Origin: Rhynchobatus australiae
Lineage: Eukaryota
DNA length: 64,000 bases
Direction: 5' to 3'
Assembly (NCBI GenBank): GCA_034780895.1
Contig: JAUZTB010000068.1
Coordinates: forward strand, 24,867,143-24,931,142
Position 1 is the first letter of the stretch; each line of letters begins with the position of its first letter. Below are positions 55,851-64,000 of the stretch, in pieces. The translations under genes and the position numbers were made by a program. The notes beneath the pieces were generated by a model, which worked only from the letters and a program-made list of their open reading frames with translations, had not been told where the DNA came from and did no database searches.

Positions 55851-57184
55851 CTCAAGATGTTTGTCCATTAAACTATATAAAACACTTCAAATATTATTTG
55901 ATTTTAGTTATTTTTTCCATATCTTAAAAGAAGCCTTTGTCAGGTTATTAATGTTGGATCCAGACTGCTACCAGACCTTAGAAGGTTAAGGTGCATAGTA
56001 TTGGAGGCTGATGTGGTATTTTAATGGATATAAAAGCAGTTCCTGTGAGGTTTAAGCTTGTACTGTAGTTTATTGTATAATAATAAAACAATACAAACAC
56101 ACATATATTCTTTCTCCAAGACTCCCTATGTAGTGAAGTTTATAAGTCAGATAGCAGTGCCTCCTGTATATTAGAATTCAACTCACAAGCAAAACAAAAT
56201 AGTTTTGGAGAAGTGTGTGTCAGCTGCTGTGACATGTATTCCCCTTTCAGGCTGTGTGCTGAACATCCCATTTGTGTTCACAGAGACTGGCAATGTCGAT
56301 TACCAGATAAAGTCTCAGGGGTCAGTTGAATTAGCTGATGTTAACGAGATATTTTGTATTCCGTCAACTCAATATGTCTTCCTCCCCATGACAGGGGATG
56401 CTCTGTGAGAAGTCGCGTTTTAAAAAAAAAGTAATCCAGGTCTCACTTGCAGCGCACCTGAAGCTTGGGAAACATTTTCTGGTTAATATAACTGAATATA
56501 TATTGGGTGAAGGATTATCCTGTAACCAACTGCAAATTATCTCTCAATAAATTTGTTGTGATCAAACCACAATCATTACTACTCGTAGTGTGAATGTCAT
56601 TATGTCTTAGACACAGGAGTTTACCAGGAAGTATCAGAATTCAGGAAAAATTACCCAATAAAATTAACAAGATATGTACAAAATGATATTCCTTAAAAAC
56701 AAATATAAACTGTTCTCATTTGTTATGATCTTTGAACCTTTTGACCAGAACAGTGTCTTGGAATTATTAAATTATTGTTTCAGATTTTTCTCACGTTCCA
56801 ATATATTGAGAAACTTAGCAACACAATAATAGGAAACCTGCAGCATGCCAGCATACAAATGCATTAACTTTGAATGCATTAACTTTGAATGCAATCAGAT
56901 TTGTAAATCCCTGTTGAAGCAATTTTCTGATCCCAGCATGGATCTTTTGTACTTCTAAGCAGCCAATTTCAAACAGCCATTGACAGAGATCCATTCCAGA
57001 TTTTGAAGGGATGTAGACAGATCAAAGAATGGATGGAAATAAAATTCATCAGTACTGAGCTCATTGCATCCCAGAGATGGTGTACTGTCACTTGAAGGAT
57101 GTCATGTTAAACCAGTAAAAGCAGATTTATGGGATCTGTGTTGTAGTGTTGAATTTCAGGCCTTCATAAACCAAAACAATGCTT

Positions 57185-57645
57185 GTGCAACACAAAAGGC
57201 ACTGGGCGCACTCAGCGGGTCAGGCAGCATCGACGGAAGGAAATGGACAGTCGACGTTTTGGGTCGAGACCCTTCATCAGGACTGGAAAGGAAGGGGGAG
57301 ATGGGCAGTATAAAAAGATGAAGGGAAGGCGTGCAGCAAGAGCTGGCGGGTGATGGGTGGATCCAGGTGAGGAGGGAGAGTGGGAATGATGTCAGGAGCT
57401 GGGAGGTGATGGATGGAAGTGATGAAGCGCTGAAGATGATGGAATATGATGAGGGAGGACGGTGGGGCATGGAATGGAGGGAGGTGAGGAGGAGAAAGAC
57501 ATAGGGGAGATGATGGGTAGATGGAGAGAGAGAGAGGGTGGGGAAGGGGAAAGACATGGGGTGATGGGGGCAATGGATCAGTAGGAGAGGGAAAAAAAGG
57601 AAAAGTAGGGGAAAAAGGACAGAGGGGGAGCGGTTACTGAAAGTT
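57185..57645 (-). mobile_element. Penelope-like 3' terminal fragment (relatively young)
   Basis: ctcagcgggtcaggcagcatc terminal motif, purine-rich linker, several CpGs retained. Confidence 0.75.
57248..57285 (-). ncRNA. Minimal type-I hammerhead ribozyme motif, G12A-mutated
   Basis: Minus strand reads CAGTC-CTGATGA-A-GGGT(CTCG)ACCC-AAAA-CGTC-GACTG; stems I and II pair perfectly. Confidence 0.6.
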
Positions 57646-57754
57646 TATCCCTTGGTTCTCAAAACTGCTCTTTTATTCTTTTGGAATACTCTTCCTTCCA
57701 TCTACTGCTCCTCATGGTATTTACATGTAGTGTTAAATGTACAATTAACGTAGA

Positions 57755-57940
57755 CAGAGAGACACAAAAGACTGCAGATGCTGGAGGAACTGCTGGAGGA
57801 ACTCAGCAGCTTGACCAGCATTGGTGTGGGGAAAGGAAAGGAAAGGTCCTGATGAGGAGTCTCAATCCGAAACATCAACAATTCCCTTCTGCCCACAGAT
57901 GCTGCTTGACCGCTGAGTTCCTCCAGCAGATTGTTGTTAT
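57755..57940. mobile_element. Short inverted-repeat Penelope derivative with hammerhead core and 12-bp TSD
   Basis: Arms tgctggaggaactcagc / gctgagttcctccagca; TSD AATTAAC(G/A)TAGA at 57743-57754 and 57941-57952. Confidence 0.7.
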
Positions 57941-58020
57941 AATTAACATAGATATTTTCATTACTGAACAGATACCTAATGTTATCCATCGCTATGTTCT
58001 GAATTGATATTGAATGTTAT

Positions 58021-58255
58021 CTAAGATAAGATTTCTTTATTAGTCACATGTACATGGAAATACACAGTGAAATGCATCATTGCGTAGAGTGTTCTGGGGG
58101 CAGCCCGCAAGTGTCGCCACGCTTCTGGTGCCAACATAGCAGGCCCACAACTTCCTAACCTGTACGTCTTTGGAATGTGGGAGCAGACATGGGAAGAATG
58201 TACAAACTCCTTGCAGACAACTGCCAGAATTGAACCTGGGTTGCTGGCGCTGTAT
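58021..58255 (-). mobile_element. V-SINE with a non-CR1 3' tail
   Basis: tRNA head (gaattgaacctgggttgctggcgctgta), internally deleted V-domain, distinct tail ending aataaagaaatcttatctt on the minus strand. Confidence 0.7.
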
Positions 58256-58505
58256 TTGCCTAACTTACCAATACCTGGTTTTGTAACATGGGCAATATTA
58301 TTCACTCACACATCTCTAGTCTGCTCTCAATAATTCGTTTTGATAACTCAGGTCTGTGAGATGTGAAAGGGCACTTTTTCTCCTGAGTCTCACTGGTGGA
58401 AACTTGGGTTAACAACCACAGAGGTTAAAACTTGCTCCAATGAATCAGATTTGAAACTCCAATATAACACATGTACTTGCCTATTATCATCTGCAGAAGT
58501 CTTAC

Positions 58506-58715
58506 CTTGGTACATGAGTTTGAACCCTGATTTGTTTTCTGAATGATCACTGTGGAAGTATATGGTTGTCCCATGAGAAGTAGACATTAGAGAAGGTGGA
58601 AGTTCAGCTCCACTGAACCTGCCAATCACAGAACTAGTGTCATGTGGTCCATTCCGAATTTCAATGAAATCGTGGTTAGGTTCAGTGGAAAAGTTCAGAA
58701 ATTCAATATAAGCCC
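58506..58715 (-). CDS. CSMD2: CSMD2-like exon, CUB12 C-terminal half (GAYIEFLNFSTEPNHDFIEIRNGP...SGFKLMYQ)
   Basis: 210 bp; acceptor TTTTTAG, donor GTAAGA; phase 1-1; CUB motifs. Confidence 0.93.
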
Positions 58716-60704
58716 CTAAAAACGACATATGCAATGAAAGCCATGAATATACTTCCCAGAGCTATGTAGAGTTACTTTACAGTTATTCCAACACCATCAC
58801 TCTGAACAAACAAGCATAGAGTATTTGTGTTTTTTTTATGAAGATTGCATTTTCCTTACTTTGACAGAACCCAAAACCAATAATGTGGAATTTTCAATCC
58901 TTACACACCCAGACTGTGTGTCAATGATTCCACAATGCAGTGTTGGAGAGGGAAATTTAATCAAAATGTGTTTCAGTGATGCAATCAAAGGGCAACAATT
59001 TCATCCCTGACAACAGCTTTCCAATGAAGAGCTCAGAGGAAGATTTACCTGATACCGAAGAAGCAAATTCTCCGATTTTGCTTTCCAAGGTGCCCNNNNN
59101 NNNNNNNNNGGTAAACTAAAGCATCTGTTAACATTAGTCAATCATGGATGGAGTGCAGTATTTTCCCAAGAAATAATCCTGGTAGACCAGTCTCTCTAAT
59201 GAAAGTTACTTCCTTATCCCTACTAAAAATGGGGTTAAGAATTTCATCATTTTGCTTCAGTAAGGAGTGGCAGAGCAATAAGTTGTTACACAGTATTTTC
59301 TGGAAACAAACTAGATATCAGGGAAAGGGAGAATAATTTCATTGGCTCTTCCTGTAAGAATTTCGATGCAAAAAAATGAAATTAGCTCAAATTCACACAA
59401 GTGATTCTGTTTTATAACCATCTCGAATATTACTGTACATTCTCATGCTCATTCAAACACTACTTCAGTAATGGAGAAAGCAGAACCCATCAACAGACCT
59501 GAAGAAAACATTGCATATTGTTGAATTTAAATAAGATCCAATCTAAATTAAGCAAAGAATTCCCAGTGATCTCTTTCACATTATTTCTTAATTAATGTGC
59601 AATACTTAAATCACTATTTTAATTCTGTCATCTGAGTGGCATCATTTGCTAAGTGCATACTTACTGACCAGGCTGCATATACCATGATAGGCAGTGACTG
59701 AGCAAAAGCACAATAAAATCTGATCATTGAACATAATATAATGTGAAGAGTTGTCAGGGTGTGATTTTAAATGTTTAAGTGCTGGTTGTAAGACACTTCG
59801 GTTTTGTTCCCTTGAACCACATTTCTTTATCATTTACAGCCTTGTAATTACTCCCTTCACTTTTATATTGTCTAGTCTTCAGATATTGTTTTAATGGTAA
59901 TGCACTCAAACCAGCAAATAAAAAACTAAAATTGCAAATTAAAAATCTTCCTTGATTAAAACATTGACCTAAAATTCATAATTTTGTCAGCTTTTTACTC
60001 TTGACAAAATGACAAATATCATTTAAGCATTTCAATATGTGTGTGTTGAATATCAATTCTGAAATTCAATTTCACTGACTCAAAAAGTTTGTGAATTTCA
60101 GAAGCAACATTTCACACTCACAATACTCTACAGTGTGATNNNNNNNNNNNNNNNNNNNNNNNNNNNNNNNNNNNNNNNNNNNNNNNNNNNNNNNNNNNNN
60201 NNNNNNNNNNNNNNNNNNNNNNNNNNNNNNNNNNNNNNNCAATACTCTACAGTGTGATTAACATGTATAAAAGATGATGGATTAATACTCATGTCCTTTC
60301 CCATTCAATGGTGGAACACTTCAGGATGGATACTCCTGATATCTCCCTTGGTTCTTGATCACATGGTGTAGGATAGCAAGTTTCTGTTAAATAAAATGCT
60401 GGTGGAATATACAACAAAGAAGATGGATTTCCTTGTCAGTCCACTGGTTCTAAGCTACCTGTGGTTTTCCAGAACAGGAACCAAACTGGGCCAAATCACA
60501 TTGGATTATTAATAGCACATTAATTGTGTGTACATTATCAATGCTCAAATTGGCCAACAAGTTCAGCAAATTAAGTGATCTGGTGAAATTTACTGGTTGA
60601 TTTATGCTACTCCACAGTTTCATCGGGGAAACCAAATACAACTCTCAAGCCTCCCTGTTATTCTTAATAATTTGCTGGAGTTGCACATGAATTGCCCACT
60701 GATT

Positions 60705-61040
60705 TCACCACGGAAGGAATAGAACTTCTCTTCTAACTGGGGCTTCCCTCTCGACTCTGGTCGAAAGAGCTCGCAACCTTATCTCTGCACCGACGTCTTC
60801 TACNNNNNNNNNNNNNNNNNNNNNNNNNNNNNNNNNNNNNNNNNNNNNNNNNNNNNNNNNNNNNNNNNNNNNNNNNNNNNNNNNNNNNNNNNNNNNNNNN
60901 NNNNNNNCTCCCATGATGAGGCTTTCCACTCCAGGACATCTGAGATGTTCAATTTCTTTTCTAACCGGGGCTTCTCCCCGACTGTGGTCGAGAGAGCTCA
61001 CACCCGTATCTCTGCCATTTCCTGCACCTCTGCTTCTCTT
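60705..61040 (+). mobile_element. Two tandem Penelope RT C-terminal fragments around an N run
   Basis: FFSNRGF.PTVVERA..RIS-type segment seen twice (60722-60803 and 60952-61035). Confidence 0.55.
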
Positions 61041-61231
61041 TTAGAGATAAAATCACCTCAACATTACAGTAGCATTTGATACAGGGAAATTTGATATCAT
61101 ATGGTGAGCTGTGTTTAATGGCTCAATGAGTTTAACAGCTGACACATCATTAACAGGTGCTCTAACCACAATTGTCAGTCTGTGTTGAATTGGCTGATTT
61201 ATCATGAAATGATAAGGATACAATAATTAGT

Positions 61232-61304
61232 ATAAATGGGCGGTGTGGACTCGTTGGGCCAGAAGGGCCTGTTACCACACTGTAAATAAAATTTAATTTT
61301 AAAT
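61232..61304 (+). mobile_element. Very short 5'-truncated CR1-type 3' tail inserted into an older SINE-like repeat
   Basis: ggactcgttgggccagaagggcctgttaccacactgt plus AT-rich tail, flanked by TTAGT direct repeats. Confidence 0.6.
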
Positions 61305-63549
61305 TTAGTCTCAGCAGACCACAAAAACATGCACCAGCCTGGGTATTAGTTGGATCAGAGCACTCTTGGGCTGAGCTATGACACCCTCCTTAGTAGAATA
61401 ACCTCTAGATGCTGCCAAGTTCATGTACTATAAGGATTTTGGTGCCTGAGGTGCAGTAAGTAACAGGGAGTCAATGTATCTAAGAAAGTACAAGGGAGAA
61501 GAGTTTGAAATTAGTGTTAAAATGTACCTTCTCTTGGAGGACTAATTATTTTTCAATGGTTGAACCAAATCAATAACTGGGTCACAGCAGGAAGTACATT
61601 TGAACAAATGAAGCAGATTTAACATGCTTTTTTTTAAGAACAATATCTCTCTGCCTTTGAAAAATAGTCAGAATTCAATAAAAAGAACCACTGCAAAATA
61701 CTTCTCTTTGATGAAAATGAGGCACCTCACTGTACACTGACGAGTTACCATCTCTGAAAAACTGATAAACCTTCATTCTCTGCCCACAAACACAGAATGA
61801 AATGCCAGAAATGATATCAAAACGCCCCACCGCATTATCTACTTGTGATGTTGCAATGAACATGATGCAGAGCACTTTTCTTTTCCCCAACAAAGAGGCT
61901 TGTCAAATCACCATTCCTGAAAGCTTCCTAACATTTAATTTGCTGTTAAAATTATTCTTTTCCCTTTCACCAACTATTCATACACTACAGCAATTAGTAA
62001 TTTAGTGCAACAGTTGAATTTTCTTGCTTTATCTCCAGGGAACTTGTGTTTTTGTACAATACCAATTTATATTTTACTAACAGAAATTTTAGAGGCAAAC
62101 ATATCACAAAATACAATGTGAGTGAAGCCAATGCAATTCAAATCAAAGACTTGTTTGTGGCTTTGTATAACAGTTGAATTGTAGCACAATATTTCATATT
62201 GAGGTAACATTGCTATATGAGGGACAGGAAGAGGCCACATGGCCCCTTGGTCCTGCTCTGCTGCTCAATTAGATAACAGCTGATCTGGTATCATCTTCAC
62301 TCTCCCATCTTTGTTCCTTGTGGCTCAATACTTTTATCTATCAAAAATCAATAGAGCAAGGGATGTTCATTTTCCCCAATAAACTATATTTTTGGATGGG
62401 GAGAATGTTGGGAGAGGGAGGTTCTAAATTTCCACATTTTGTTTGATACTCTTTGTAACTTACCTCTGTAACTTATCCATCCATTGAACAAGCACAGTAA
62501 TACTCCTAAGGATGGACATGTTTTCAGAAGTCCATCCTCTTCAAAATCTGAGTAGTCCCATTTTCCTCTCCTCAAATCCAATAATTAAAGGAATAACTCC
62601 CAGATGAGTTGGATAGAAGGGCTTGTGTACATGCTATATAACTCCATGACTCAACCAAGATATTATTGACTTCTTTGCTTGCCTCCCATTCCCCTTTTGG
62701 TCATTGAAGGCCAGATGTTAGATATTCTTACTTTACACCAGTTAACACACTAGAAAGCATTGTTCTAAGATTCTGTACTGCATTAGCTTTCCAATTCTTT
62801 TTGCTACACTCCCACTTGGCCATTTTCTAATGACTGTTCACTGGACTGTTAATGATTTTATGTTCGTTTTTTTCATTTCATGTATAGTGTAGCAATCATC
62901 ACTTCATCACAGAAACAAAACAAGCAGCCTAAGCATTGCTTCAGTATCTGAATTTTAATTAAAAAGAAAACCTGTTCTCACAGCTAGCTGGAATCAGGAC
63001 AGGGAATTCCGCGGTTAAATCAATCACATCAGCCAGGAGGCCAATTTTTTTCACATATTATCTCACTAAATAAAACATCTTAACCCCACACTACACCGAT
63101 TGTTACTCCATTAATCCATCAGTGAATTTTATTGTCAAACATCAAACAGCTGAATCCAACAGCAATTATACTACAAGCAGAGGGTGATGCAGTTTATCTG
63201 AACAGATTAGGAGCACCTTTTATGAATAAGTGGTCATTTTGAAGAACTGATCTGATGTTAATATTGATGTATCACTTTATTGTCCAACAATTCAACGTAC
63301 TGGAATAATTACACAACAGAACATGCAGAGATCCTGCTGATTCTATCAAACAGGTCTGGTCAGTCACAGTGTAACATCTGATTGCAAAGTAGCTGGGATG
63401 GAGATGTTGACATATTTGTACAACAGGTTAAACTGTCCATTCACATGAAAATAAAATCTCTTCAAATTTGCCCCGACACTTAAATATTTGCAGGCAGTTA
63501 TCTTCAGAAATGTGTAGGATGTGAAAACATGCCTATTCATCAAAGCTCA

Positions 63550-63840
63550 GCAAATCTGAGGAGCACAGTGAACTTGCATTTCTGCACAGCCACATTCTAC
63601 AAATAGTAATAAAAGGTAAACAAGCAATTAGTTTATTTTAATGATGTTGATTGTGGGAAGAATATTTAAGAATAATCCAGAAAATATCTTTGTTTGTATA
63701 TTATTTGTGCTTTTAGAATGCTTATATCCACAGGGATGGTTTAATGGCCCCTCCAATAATGTAGCACTTAGATTCCACTGATGTTTCAGCTGTGTTAATG
63801 TGGTAGAGGTGGAAGAAACTCCACAGACTTAGATGAAGAA
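63550..63840 (-). mobile_element. Decayed Deu-domain SINE remnant
   Basis: tgcacagc...acaaa...tgatgttgattg...ggtttaa...gtagcact layout; a similar piece lies at about 20500-20622. Confidence 0.35.
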
Positions 63841-64000
63841 TTCTATTATTGAANNNNNNNNNNNNNNNNNNNNNNNNNNNNNNNNNNNNNNNNNNNNNNN
63901 NNNNNNNNNNNNNNNNNNNNNNNNNNNNNNNNNNNNNNNNNNNNNNNNNNNNNGAAGAATTCTATTATTGAATAGAGGACAAAAATAAAGTTCATAGAAA

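Noticed and set aside
59049-59095. AG|GTAAAT donor-like site upstream of the CUB12 exon
   Set aside because: No frame gives the expected CUB N-terminal half (CGG...SPGFP...C.W); that exon is probably beyond the window.

Overview
This is eukaryotic, AT-rich intron/exon DNA from a cartilaginous fish; the repeat set (HE1-like V-SINEs, Deu-like SINEs, CR1, L2, Rex1/Babar, Penelope-like elements) points to an elasmobranch. The whole window lies inside one large minus-strand gene of the CUB-and-Sushi-multiple-domains family, best matching CSMD2 by recalled paralog sequence. Sixteen consecutive coding exons splice in frame at GT-AG sites, running from the second half of CUB12 (58506-58715) to Sushi21 (1259-1432). 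Neither the gene start nor its end is in the window, and two exons are partly hidden by N runs. The introns are a layered graveyard of retroelements and a few DNA-transposon fossils. Most ORFs in the supplied track are spurious, N-inflated or TE-derived. The most notable non-obvious signal is a set of minimal type-I hammerhead-ribozyme motifs in Penelope terminal repeats, two of them in TSD-flanked insertions. In this small sample, copies on the CSMD2 pre-mRNA strand carry catalytic-core mutations. I see no convincing evidence of a wholly new biological system. TE family names and paralog calls come from recognised motifs, not database searches, and TE boundaries are approximate.
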